From: an uncultured Thermoplasmatales archaeon
Lineage (GTDB): Archaea; Thermoplasmatota; Penumbrarchaeia; Penumbrarchaeales; Penumbrarchaeaceae
NCBI GenBank assembly: GCA_964445525.1
Contig: CAYULA010000014.1
Location: forward strand, 10,492 to 74,491
Direction of reading: 5' to 3'
Length of the DNA: 64,000 nt
The notes beneath the pieces were generated by a model. That model had not been told where the DNA came from. It saw only the letters and a list, made by a program, of their open reading frames with translations, and made no database searches. Shown piece after piece: positions 26,936-36,022 of this stretch. Both the position numbers and the translations under genes were made by a program. Each line of letters opens with the position of its first letter. Positions within the stretch are counted from its first letter, which is position 1.

Positions 26936-28237
26936 TCACTGTCTCTTTTCCCATTTCTCCAGTTCCAGGACTTCCGAAAGTGTCGAACCCCTCTGGATCT
27001 CTTCCCTGATCCTGTTCTCCCTCTCCTTGACATCCAGGGCCCTGTTCGCGATCTCAACCGCCCTTTCCCTCGGTATGACAACGATTCCAGAATCATCCGC
27101 TATTATCCAATCCCCGGGTCTGACCTCCACACCTCCGCATTCTATATCGACCCGGAGTTCGCCGAATCCCTTCGGTTCGCCTGCATTTGGTGCCAGATAT
27201 CTGGAGAATACCGGTACATCCATCTTCATTATGTCATCAATATCCCTGGCGGCACCGTCCAGGATCACCCCGGAGATCCCTCTCATCTTGCACGACCATG
27301 TTGCAAGCTCCCCCCAGGGACTTATGTGTCTGGATCCTGCATCGATAACTATAACGTCGCCGGGACTTGCCTTTTCTATGGCCTCAACAGTCTTGGCCCA
27401 ATCCCCGTCAATGGTCCTGCAGGTAAAGGCCGGACCTACGCATTTCATCCCTGGTTTGACCGGTCTTATACCCGTCATGGCACCCTTCTTGTGTAGTGCA
27501 TCCGCAACATTGGGTGCCGAAACCTCCATCAGGGCTTTCCTTATACCCTCTTGATCGGTGTACCTTCTGTATCCCTTGCTCTCGACCTTCTCACCGGTGG
27601 TCATAGCTTTTTTAATGCTATGAGCGGCACTCTTGACATCCGGACTTTTGGTTATGGCCCCCCCGACGATAATTATGGAAGCACCGGCTTTCAGCAGGTC
27701 TGCGGCGGTTTCCGAAGTAATACCACCTGCAACTGCAATGGGAAGCGAGGTTTTCCCGGAAAGGTTCCTCAACTCCTCGGTAAAGGTCATCCCCATCATC
27801 TGGTCGTCGATGGAGACATGCAGACAGAGCAGATCCACTCCCATCTTTTCGAGTTCACCCGCTCTCGAAACCTTGTCCTCGACCCCCATCAGATCTATCA
27901 TTGTCCTGCATCCGTATTTGTTTCCGGCTCTTACGGCTTCTTTGATCGTACCGTCGTCGGTGACTCCCATTATCGTATTGACCGTGGCTCCCGCCCTTGC
28001 CACCATTTCGGTCTCGAATCCTCCGGTGTCCATGGTCTTCATGTCAGCGACAATGGTCCTTCCCGGAAACCCAGCCCTCAATTTCCTTATAATATCCATT
28101 CCCTCGCTCTTTATAAGAGGGGTGCCAGCTTCTATCCAGTCAGCCCCTCCCTGTAGCGCTTCATCGGCTATCTGGATGGATCTGCCTCCCTGAATGAGGT
28201 CCAGTGCAACCTGCAGAATGGGATATTCGTGGTCCAT
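26936..28237 (-). CDS. bifunctional 3-hexulose-6-phosphate synthase (OMPdecase fold) / RraA-like fusion protein
   Basis: The N-terminal part has ILQVALDL...ADMKTMD...VAGGI (HPS-like). The C-terminal part has GDVIVIDAG...WGELATWSCKMRGISGVILDGAARD (RraA/DlpA family). Confidence 0.85.
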   Translation of the reverse strand: MDHEYPILQVALDLIQGGRSIQIADEALQGGADWIEAGTPLIKSEGMDIIRKLRAGFPGRTIVADMKTMDTGGFETEMVARAGATVNTIMGVTDDGTIKEAVRAGNKYGCRTMIDLMGVEDKVSRAGELEKMGVDLLCLHVSIDDQMMGMTFTEELRNLSGKTSLPIAVAGGITSETAADLLKAGASIIIVGGAITKSPDVKSAAHSIKKAMTTGEKVESKGYRRYTDQEGIRKALMEVSAPNVADALHKKGAMTGIRPVKPGMKCVGPAFTCRTIDGDWAKTVEAIEKASPGDVIVIDAGSRHISPWGELATWSCKMRGISGVILDGAARDIDDIMKMDVPVFSRYLAPNAGEPKGFGELRVDIECGGVEVRPGDWIIADDSGIVVIPRERAVEIANRALDVKERENRIREEIQRGSTLSEVLELEKWEKRQ

Positions 28238-28328
28238 GGCCCCGATAGGTTTGGAAGACTATTTCAAATCATCTGAGAGGGAATCTCTTAAGTCCTACAT
28301 CCGTATAAAGTAGCAGAGGTCGATTTTG

Positions 28329-29699
28329 ATGAGGAACATTTTCAGAGCTTACGACATCAGAGGAATCTGGGGAGAGGACCTGGGTCCGCAGGGTTGTCTT
28401 GACATAGGAAGGGGCCTCGGAGCATTCCTGAGAGAGGACCTGGGCATGAAGAGAGTTGTCGTCGGATACGATGTGAGGACCACATCTCCTTCATTCAACG
28501 GAGCTCTCACTGCCGGTCTACTGTCCTCGGGAGTCGATGTTACATCCGTGGGAAGATGCGGTTTCGGGGTTGCCATGTTCGCCGGATCCCATTCGGGAGC
28601 CGATGCATCCTGCTTCATAACCGCATCCCATCTGACCCCGGAATGGAACGGCCTGAAGATCTATTTCGGTGACGGTGTCGGATTTCCCGAAGAACATATC
28701 ATGGCCGTAAGGGACCGGGTAATGGAGAAGAGGTTTGTCCATCCCTCATGGAAAGATGCGGGGTCCTTCATGGAAGAAGATTATCTGGATCGATATGTGG
28801 ATTTCTGGAAGTTGAGGTATTCGAACCATTTCAAGCAGAGAAAACCCAGGATCGCCGTGGACTGCGGAGGAGGGGCCATGACACTGAGTGCCCCTCAGGT
28901 CATGACAGCTGTCGGAGCCGAGGTGGAACTCGTAAACGGCGAGACCGATCCTTTCTTCAGGGGAAGGCCCTCCGAACCCAAACCCGATAATCTCGTGGAG
29001 ATGAAGGATAGGGTACTGGAAAAGGATCTGGATTTCGGTGTTGCATTCGACGGGGACGGTGACAGGGCCGTGGTGGTTGACGATACCGGAAGGTTCCTAT
29101 CCACCGATAGACTGGGAATAATAATAGCCTCGAACCTGGTCGCGAAAAACCAGGGAGGTCTGGTACTTGCCAACGTTGAATCTTCCATGGCAGTGGAGGA
29201 TGTTCTGGTACCGATAGGAGCCAGGGTAAAGAGGATCAAGGTGGGCCATACGTTCCTCACACTGGAAGCCAAACAGCACGAAGCGATCTTCGGCGTGGAA
29301 AAATCCGGACACCTGATAGTCCCGGAACATGTCCTCTTCGACGATGCGATCGTTGCCCCTCTGGAGGTGATGAGGATAATCAACTCAGAAGGAAGGAAAC
29401 TTTCTGAAATTGCGAACGAGATCCCTCAGTATGAAACCGATTCCAAAGCCTTCAATTGTCCCGATGACCTAAAGTTCCAGGTGGTTTACAATCTGAGAGA
29501 GGAGCTCAAGAAAACCAAAGAAAAGGTCAACGACATGGACGGTGTCAGGGTTGACATGGAGGAAGGATGGGTCCTCATAAGATGCTCCAACACCTCTCCA
29601 GTTATCAGGATGACGGTAGAGGCAAGGTCAAAAGCTTCTCTCAAAAAAATTGCAGATGAATATTCTAGTATGCTCGAAGAAGAAATTGAAAGGATATAG
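28329..29699 (+). CDS. phosphohexomutase (phosphoglucomutase/phosphomannomutase/GlmM family)
   Basis: Phosphoserine loop FITASHLTPEWNGLKIY, metal loop GVAFDGDGDR and sugar loop GVEKSGH are present. ATG at 28329 immediately follows TTG at 28326. Confidence 0.85.
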   Translation: MRNIFRAYDIRGIWGEDLGPQGCLDIGRGLGAFLREDLGMKRVVVGYDVRTTSPSFNGALTAGLLSSGVDVTSVGRCGFGVAMFAGSHSGADASCFITASHLTPEWNGLKIYFGDGVGFPEEHIMAVRDRVMEKRFVHPSWKDAGSFMEEDYLDRYVDFWKLRYSNHFKQRKPRIAVDCGGGAMTLSAPQVMTAVGAEVELVNGETDPFFRGRPSEPKPDNLVEMKDRVLEKDLDFGVAFDGDGDRAVVVDDTGRFLSTDRLGIIIASNLVAKNQGGLVLANVESSMAVEDVLVPIGARVKRIKVGHTFLTLEAKQHEAIFGVEKSGHLIVPEHVLFDDAIVAPLEVMRIINSEGRKLSEIANEIPQYETDSKAFNCPDDLKFQVVYNLREELKKTKEKVNDMDGVRVDMEEGWVLIRCSNTSPVIRMTVEARSKASLKKIADEYSSMLEEEIERI

Positions 29700-29707
29700 A
29701 TGTAAAT

Positions 29708-30169
29708 TCACTGCCCCTTTCTCTGTTCGGTGAGGTTCTTGATATTGGCCAGAACAGCATCCATCATCTGCCTGTACTTCTTCCTTTCGTTCATCCTCCA
29801 TTTCAGGTTGAATCCCATTGATTCGATCCTGTAATCCAGGGAGGAAGTAAGGAGTGTGCCGTAAGGTCTTGTTTCCAGGTTGATCTTCAGAATTCCGAAC
29901 ATGGGACCGTCCACAACCTCCAGTTCTATGAACTCCTCGTGATGCATGATCTTTATTTTCAACTTGAGGGGTTCCTTCATTCCCTTCGGGGCCAGATCAA
30001 CGGTCTGACCGAGCTTCATTCTGGGATCGGGAGGAAACCCAAGTGTTCCGGTATTTGTCTGCCCCCACATCCTTGCCAGGTCTATGTTCGTCAGTACGGA
30101 ATATACCTCCTTGGGAGGAGCAAGCACCTCTTCTAGATTCTCCTCTTTACCGACGGAACCCAAAGACAA
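29708..30169 (-). CDS. SRPBCC/START-like fold protein (tentative)
   Basis: 153 aa. The size and alternating beta pattern with a C-terminal helix resemble polyketide-cyclase/SRPBCC proteins. No strict motif was found. Confidence 0.5.
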   Translation of the reverse strand: MSLGSVGKEENLEEVLAPPKEVYSVLTNIDLARMWGQTNTGTLGFPPDPRMKLGQTVDLAPKGMKEPLKLKIKIMHHEEFIELEVVDGPMFGILKINLETRPYGTLLTSSLDYRIESMGFNLKWRMNERKKYRQMMDAVLANIKNLTEQRKGQ

Positions 30170-30251
30170 TCACCCCATTAAAATACCGATCAAGCTGAGG
30201 GGTCATGTCATTATATCTAAAAAACATTTGCGCGGACCGGTCCAGAATAAT

Positions 30252-30276
30252 TAGTTGCGCACGCAACTATTATATA
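30252..30276 (+). promoter_or_regulatory. palindromic operator candidate abutting a TATA-like box upstream of marR-MATE
   Basis: tagttgcg-ca-cgcaacta is a perfect 8-bp inverted repeat (30252-30269). It is immediately followed by ttatata (30270-30276), about 26 nt before the marR ATG. Confidence 0.5.
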
Positions 30277-30301
30277 ACACGCTTCCTTACAAACAAGGGC
30301 A

Positions 30302-30742
30302 ATGACAGATGATCCGAGTTCCACAAGATCCTTCGGAAGATCCATCTCCAGGCTGAATGTATACAAGAACATCTACATGAGCAGGGCGCTGGAGCCATAC
30401 GGAATCGGATCAGGACAGTATATTTTTCTTCTATACCTCTACCGGATGGAAGGGGCCTCCCAGGATGAGCTTACGGATAAGATTCTGGTTGACAAGGCCA
30501 CAACAGCAAGGGCTGCCAAGAAACTGGAGGAGAAGGGATACATCAGAAGGATCAGGGATAAAGACGACGGAAGGATACGGAGACTGCAGTTGACAACCAA
30601 GGGGATGGAGTTCGAACCAATCCTGAGGAAAATAATGGATGAGTGGACCTTTGGTCTTACATCAGGTCTTTCCGAAAGTGAGAAAGAGGACCTCCTGGAC
30701 CTTCTTGAGAAGATGGAGAACAATGCAGGGGGTATGATTTGA
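30302..30742 (+). CDS. MarR-family transcriptional regulator
   Basis: 146 aa with the typical MarR wHTH (GASQDELTDKILVDKATTARAAKKLEEKGYIRRIRDKDDGRIRRLQLTTKG). Confidence 0.85.
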   Translation: MTDDPSSTRSFGRSISRLNVYKNIYMSRALEPYGIGSGQYIFLLYLYRMEGASQDELTDKILVDKATTARAAKKLEEKGYIRRIRDKDDGRIRRLQLTTKGMEFEPILRKIMDEWTFGLTSGLSESEKEDLLDLLEKMENNAGGMI

Positions 30743-32118
30743 AGGGAAAGACCCAGGGTGTAAAAACCCTCCTGGGGAATCCAAGGAAGGCCATAATCAA
30801 GCTCTCGATACCGATGATCATCGCCATGTCGGTGCAGACGATCTACAACGTTGCCGATGCGGTGTGGGTGGCGGGCCTTCCCGATGGTGAGAATGCTCTT
30901 GCGGCGATAGGATTGTTCTTCCCCTTCTTCTTCATGATAATGGCCCTGGCAACCGGAATCGGAGTGGGGGGAGGAGCTGCGATTTCCAGGAGGATAGGGG
31001 CCAAAGACAAGAGTGGAGCGGATAACGTTGCCGACCACATGATCGTGCTTGTTATTGTCATATCCATTCTCTTCACTGTACCAATGTTCATTCTCTTTCC
31101 CAGGATCCTGGAATTGATGGGAGCCGGCGAATCTCTCGGCCTCTCGGTCGGTTACGGGAGGATAATCATAGGTTTCTCGTTCATAATATTCTTCAACAAC
31201 ATCACCAACGCCATATTGAGAGCGGAGGGAGACACGAAAAGAGCGATGATAGCAATGGTTATCGGCTCCGGTCTCAATATTGTCCTAGATCCGGTTTTCA
31301 TCTATATTTTCGATCTGGGTGTGGAAGGTGCCGCCTGGGCCACCATGCTTTCCTTTTCCATCACCTTGTTGATAATGTTTTACTGGTTGTTTCTGAAGAA
31401 GGATACATTCGTAACGTTCAATCTGAAGGATTTCTCTTTTCGCTTTCATATACTGAAGGATATAATGAGGGTCGGGCTGCCTTCTTCGCTACAGCAGATG
31501 TCCATGTCCTTCAACATGATCTTTCTCAATACCATCGTTTTGGAGGTCGGGGGCGATTACGGTGTTGCCGTCTTCTCCACCGGATGGAGAGTGGTTTCAA
31601 TGACCGTACTGCCTCTGATGGGGATAGCCACAGCCCTGGTATCCGTTGCGGGAGCGGCATACGGAGCCAGATCTTACAGGAAGCTGAAATTGTCCCTGAG
31701 ATATGCCATAAAATTCGGTCTTACAATCACGATCCCGGTTTCCATAATTATTTTCGTATTCGCACCTGTTATCGTTCTTGCTTTCACCTGGTCTGAAAGC
31801 TCTTCCAACCTGAGAGGAGATCTCATAATTCTACTTCGGTTCTTTTCCCTGATGCCCTACACGGCAGCCTTCGGTATGCTTTCAGGTGCTGTTTTCCAGG
31901 CCATCGGGAAAGGCTTCAACTCGCTTGCAGCCACGATAATCAGAACGGTTATTCTATCTCTTTTGTTCGCTTTCCTGCTTGGAATAGTACTGAATTGGGG
32001 CCTTCGAGGGGTATGGACAGGAATACTATTCGGAAATGCGGTGGGAGCCTCCCTGTCATATCTCTGGATAAGATATCACCTCGGAGGGCTTATCAAAGGA
32101 CGTATCGCCGGAGAATGA
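30739..32118 (+). CDS. MATE-family multidrug/toxin efflux transporter
   Basis: 459 aa with ~12 TM helices. The N-terminus (IIKLSIPMIIAMSVQTIYNVADAVWVAGL) is typical of MATE proteins. The TTG start overlaps the marR stop. Confidence 0.9.
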   Translation: MKGKTQGVKTLLGNPRKAIIKLSIPMIIAMSVQTIYNVADAVWVAGLPDGENALAAIGLFFPFFFMIMALATGIGVGGGAAISRRIGAKDKSGADNVADHMIVLVIVISILFTVPMFILFPRILELMGAGESLGLSVGYGRIIIGFSFIIFFNNITNAILRAEGDTKRAMIAMVIGSGLNIVLDPVFIYIFDLGVEGAAWATMLSFSITLLIMFYWLFLKKDTFVTFNLKDFSFRFHILKDIMRVGLPSSLQQMSMSFNMIFLNTIVLEVGGDYGVAVFSTGWRVVSMTVLPLMGIATALVSVAGAAYGARSYRKLKLSLRYAIKFGLTITIPVSIIIFVFAPVIVLAFTWSESSSNLRGDLIILLRFFSLMPYTAAFGMLSGAVFQAIGKGFNSLAATIIRTVILSLLFAFLLGIVLNWGLRGVWTGILFGNAVGASLSYLWIRYHLGGLIKGRIAGE

Positions 32119-34749
32119 TCACTCATTATTCTCCACCGGTGCCAAAACCGAGACATCTGCCGAAAGCTTGGTTCCGTCATAGTCCACCTTGATCTTGACT
32201 CCCTCTGTAACGCTGCCCTTCATGAGTTCCATTGCGATCAGTGTCTCAAGGTCCTTCTGGATTATCCTCTTCAGAGGTCTGGCTCCGTAAACCGGATCGT
32301 ATCCCTTTTGGGCTACATGGTCCTTTGCCGATTCCGAAAGTTCCACTTCAATGGACCTGTCAGAGAGCCTCCTGTTGAGGTCCTTGATCTGAAGGTCCGT
32401 GATGGACCTGATCTCCTCAAATCCCAGTGGTTTGAATAAGACGATATCGTCAACCCTGTTGAGGAATTCGGGTTTGAACTCCCTTTTGAGGACCTCATGT
32501 ACTGCTTCCTCGATTCCCGGTCTGAAAGAACCGTCAGCATCAATGCCTTCCACTATTGCCGTGGATCCTATGTTGGAAGTGAGTATCAAAATGGTGTTCT
32601 TGAAATCGATGGTCCTTCCCTTGGAATCTGTGACCCTGCCGTCATCCAGTATCTGAAGCAGAATGTTGAAAACCTCAGGATGGGCCTTCTCTATTTCATC
32701 GAAGAGGATTACCGAATACGGTTTCCTTCTGACAGCTTCGGTCAGCTGTCCCCCTTCTTCGTATCCTACATACCCGGGAGGGGCACCTATAAGCCTCGAT
32801 GTGGAGAATTTCTCCATGTACTCGCTCATGTCTATTCTGATGATGTTCTCCTCCGTGTCGAACATTGCTTCCGCAAGCGCCTTTGCGAGTTCGGTCTTTC
32901 CAACACCTGTGGGTCCCAGGAAAATGAAGGATCCTATGGGCCTTCTCGGGTCTTTTATGCCCGCCCTTGCCCTGATAACAGCTTCGGTCACTTTCCTTAC
33001 CCCTTCATCCTGTCCGACAACTCTCTGATGCAGTGTATCCTCAAGGTGGAGGACCTTCTGTCTCTCTCCCTCCATCAAGCGGTTGGTGGGGATCCCGGTC
33101 CATCTGGAGACTATCTCCGATATCTCCTCCTCGGTAACGACATCCCTTATCATTGTGGTGCCGTTTTTCTCCTTGATCCTCTTGTCCATCTGGGCAAGCT
33201 CTCTTTCCAGTGAAGGGAGCTTTCCGTGCTTCAACTCGGCAGCCCTGTTCAGATCATATTCCATTTCCGCATCTTCCAGCTCCTTTTTTGTTTCCTCGAT
33301 GATCTTTTTCAGCTGGGATAATGTCACGATATCCTTCTTTTCCCTGTCCCATCTCTCGGAGAGCTCTTCGGATTTTTTCTTCAATTCCTTCAGCTCCGCC
33401 CCGATCGTTTTCAGTCTCTCCTTGGATGCCCTGTCCTTCTCCTTTCTCAGGGCCGCTTCCTCGATCTCCAGTCTCATTACCTTTCGCACGAGTCGGTCCA
33501 GCTCCTCCGGTCTGGAGTCTATCTCGGTCCTGATCATCGAACATGCCTCATCAAGAAGGTCGATGGCCTTGTCGGGAAGGAACCTGTCGGAGATATAGCG
33601 ATCCGAAAGAACCGCGGCGGAAACCAGAGATGTGTCCTTTATCGTTACCCCGTGGTGGACCTCGAATCTTTCTTTCAGACCTCTCAGGATGGAAATGGTG
33701 TCCTCAACCGAGGGTTCGTCCACCATTACCGGCTGGAATCTTCGTTCCAATGCAGCGTCCTTTTCGATGTATTTCCGGTATTCATCGATGGTGGTGGCTC
33801 CTATACAATGGAGCTCACCCCTGGAAAGCATTGGTTTGAGCATGTTCCCCGCATCGAGGGATCCCTCAGCCTTGCCGGTTCCGACTATGGTGTGAAGTTC
33901 GTCTATGAAAAGGAGTATCCTTCCCTGGGAGGTTTTCACCTCGTTGAGTACTGCCTTCAGCCTCTCCTCGAACTCTCCCCTGAACTTCGCCCCTGCGACA
34001 AGGGAACCCATATCAAGGGCGAATATGGACTTGTCCCTGATGGAATCCGGGACGTCACCCCTGACTATTCTCTGGGCAAGTCCCTCAACGATGGCTGTTT
34101 TTCCAACTCCGGGATCACCGATAAGGACAGGATTGTTCTTGGTCCTTCTGCTAAGCACCCTTATTACCCTTCTTATCTCGTTGTCCCTTCCGATTATGGG
34201 ATCCAGCTTCCCGGACCTTGCCTCCTCGACGAGTTCCCTGCCGAATCTTTCCAGGGGATCGTAACCCGCCTCGGGGGTTTCTGAATCCACTCTCTGACGC
34301 CCTCTGAGCTCCGAAAGAGCCTTCAGCACGGGCTCTCTCTTGATTCCTTTTTTATTGAGGATCTTACCCGCTTCCGTCTTCTTTCCCTCATCGATATGGG
34401 ATAGGAGAATATGCTCAACAGATACGAACCTGTCCTTCATCCTGTCTGCTTCTTCCTTGGAATCGGCAAGGAGTCTGATCAATCTGTTTGTGGCCACCAC
34501 GTTTTCCTCGCTGTAGCTCTCGCTTCCCATCTTTGGAAGGCTCTCAAGATAGGATCTTAGATCCTGGAGAATATCCCCGGGGTCCTTGTCAAGTTTTTCA
34601 ATGATAAGAGGTACCAACCCATCCCTCTGATCGAGCAAAGCCGATAGGAGGTGTTCTCCGTCGAATGTCGGATTCCCCAGTCTCATTGCGGTTATCTGGG
34701 CATCCTGTATGGCCTCTCGTGACCTCTGTGTGAACTGATTCAGGTCCAT
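32119..34749 (-). CDS. clpB: ClpB / Hsp104-type disaggregase
   Basis: 876 aa with a Clp N-domain, two AAA modules ([15 protein letters not shown]; [17 protein letters not shown]) and a long middle coiled coil. Confidence 0.95.
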   Translation of the reverse strand: MDLNQFTQRSREAIQDAQITAMRLGNPTFDGEHLLSALLDQRDGLVPLIIEKLDKDPGDILQDLRSYLESLPKMGSESYSEENVVATNRLIRLLADSKEEADRMKDRFVSVEHILLSHIDEGKKTEAGKILNKKGIKREPVLKALSELRGRQRVDSETPEAGYDPLERFGRELVEEARSGKLDPIIGRDNEIRRVIRVLSRRTKNNPVLIGDPGVGKTAIVEGLAQRIVRGDVPDSIRDKSIFALDMGSLVAGAKFRGEFEERLKAVLNEVKTSQGRILLFIDELHTIVGTGKAEGSLDAGNMLKPMLSRGELHCIGATTIDEYRKYIEKDAALERRFQPVMVDEPSVEDTISILRGLKERFEVHHGVTIKDTSLVSAAVLSDRYISDRFLPDKAIDLLDEACSMIRTEIDSRPEELDRLVRKVMRLEIEEAALRKEKDRASKERLKTIGAELKELKKKSEELSERWDREKKDIVTLSQLKKIIEETKKELEDAEMEYDLNRAAELKHGKLPSLERELAQMDKRIKEKNGTTMIRDVVTEEEISEIVSRWTGIPTNRLMEGERQKVLHLEDTLHQRVVGQDEGVRKVTEAVIRARAGIKDPRRPIGSFIFLGPTGVGKTELAKALAEAMFDTEENIIRIDMSEYMEKFSTSRLIGAPPGYVGYEEGGQLTEAVRRKPYSVILFDEIEKAHPEVFNILLQILDDGRVTDSKGRTIDFKNTILILTSNIGSTAIVEGIDADGSFRPGIEEAVHEVLKREFKPEFLNRVDDIVLFKPLGFEEIRSITDLQIKDLNRRLSDRSIEVELSESAKDHVAQKGYDPVYGARPLKRIIQKDLETLIAMELMKGSVTEGVKIKVDYDGTKLSADVSVLAPVENNE

Positions 34750-34837
34750 TACATGTCACCTCTTGTAGTAAATACTAACTATACAACTTTAGGTTGTTAA
34801 TTGATAATGGATACTACTATAAAAAATTATTGCAAAT

Positions 34838-36022
34838 TCAGGTATCCGGGAGAGTGAAGAAGAATCTTGATCCCTTGCCATCACCTTCGCTTTCAGCCCA
34901 TACCTTTCCATCATGGGCCTTGATTATCCCCTTTACGATAGCCAGACCCAGTCCGGTGCTGCCCTCAACCCTTTTTCCGGTCCTGTAGAACCTCTCGAAG
35001 ATCCTCTCAAGCTCCTCGGGTCCTATACCCCTGCCGGAATCGCGTATCTCTACCTGAACCCCATTTTGCCTCTTTCGGGCTATGACCTTGAAATCCTTCC
35101 CCTCGGGTGAATACCTGTTGGCATTGGACAGGAAGTTGCTCAGAACCCTTCTGATTTTGTGGCGGTCAGCATTTATGATGAGATCTTCATCCATCTCCAA
35201 AGAGACCGATTGTTTCTTCTTGGATGCGGGACCTCTGATGTCGTCAACCGCCTCCTCCAGTAGGTTGCAAAGGTTGAGATTTTCCCTGTTGAGCTTCATG
35301 GTTCCCATGTCCATTCTCGAGAGGTCCAGGGTATCCTGTCTCAGTCTTTCAAGCGCCTCTGAGGCCCTTTCCATGGTTTTGAAAATCCTCTTCAGGTTTT
35401 CATCCAGGGACTGGAAATAGATCTCCTCTATCATCTCGAGATTTGCCTTTATCACCGTGATTGGTGTGCCCATGTCATGTGATAATATCGATATGAATTC
35501 GTTTTTTATGTTATCCGCATCCTTGAGCTTTTCATTGGTGATGGCGAGTTTGTTCAGGATCGATTCCCTGAGCATATTCTCCTGGCGCAGCTGCTTGTTG
35601 ACAAAAAACATCTCGTCTCTCACTTCCTTGAGCTGCAAATGCGTGTTGACCCTCGCAAGAAGTTCAGGCGTATTGAAGGGTTTGGTAACATAATCCTGAG
35701 CTCCAACCTGGAATCCCCTGATCCTGGATTCCTCGTCGGTCTTTGCTGTCAGAAATATCACCGGTATGTCCATGGTTGATTCATTTTCTCTGAGTTGGCT
35801 GCAGGTTTGGTATCCGTCCATCTCCGGCATCATAACATCCAGAAGGATGATGTCTGGTCTGGATGCCTCGACCTTTTTCAGAGCATCCTTTCCGTTGAGG
35901 GCAAAGGAGATCTCGTAACCCTCGTCTCTCAGTATCGATCCCAGTATCTGAATGTTCTTTGGTACATCATCCACCACCAATACAGATCTCTTCCTTTCCG
36001 CATTACCTTCCTCAGGGATCAT
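34838..36022 (-). CDS. response-regulator receiver fused to histidine kinase (REC-HisKA-HATPase)
   Basis: REC is VLVVDDVPKN...DIILLDVMMPEMDG, the H-box is ILSHDMGTPITVI, and HATPase is IRDSGRGIGPE, GLGLAIVKG. An ATGA overlap joins it to the upstream kinase gene. Confidence 0.9.
   Translation of the reverse strand: MIPEEGNAERKRSVLVVDDVPKNIQILGSILRDEGYEISFALNGKDALKKVEASRPDIILLDVMMPEMDGYQTCSQLRENESTMDIPVIFLTAKTDEESRIRGFQVGAQDYVTKPFNTPELLARVNTHLQLKEVRDEMFFVNKQLRQENMLRESILNKLAITNEKLKDADNIKNEFISILSHDMGTPITVIKANLEMIEEIYFQSLDENLKRIFKTMERASEALERLRQDTLDLSRMDMGTMKLNRENLNLCNLLEEAVDDIRGPASKKKQSVSLEMDEDLIINADRHKIRRVLSNFLSNANRYSPEGKDFKVIARKRQNGVQVEIRDSGRGIGPEELERIFERFYRTGKRVEGSTGLGLAIVKGIIKAHDGKVWAESEGDGKGSRFFFTLPDT

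Noticed and set aside
27027-28193. Three 175-201-aa plus-strand ORFs across the HPS-RraA gene
   Set aside because: These are shadow ORFs opposite a conserved two-domain enzyme gene. Their translations are Ser/Pro-rich.
32399-34284. Multiple 85-238-aa plus-strand ORFs inside clpB
   Set aside because: They are antisense to an unambiguous 876-aa ClpB CDS.
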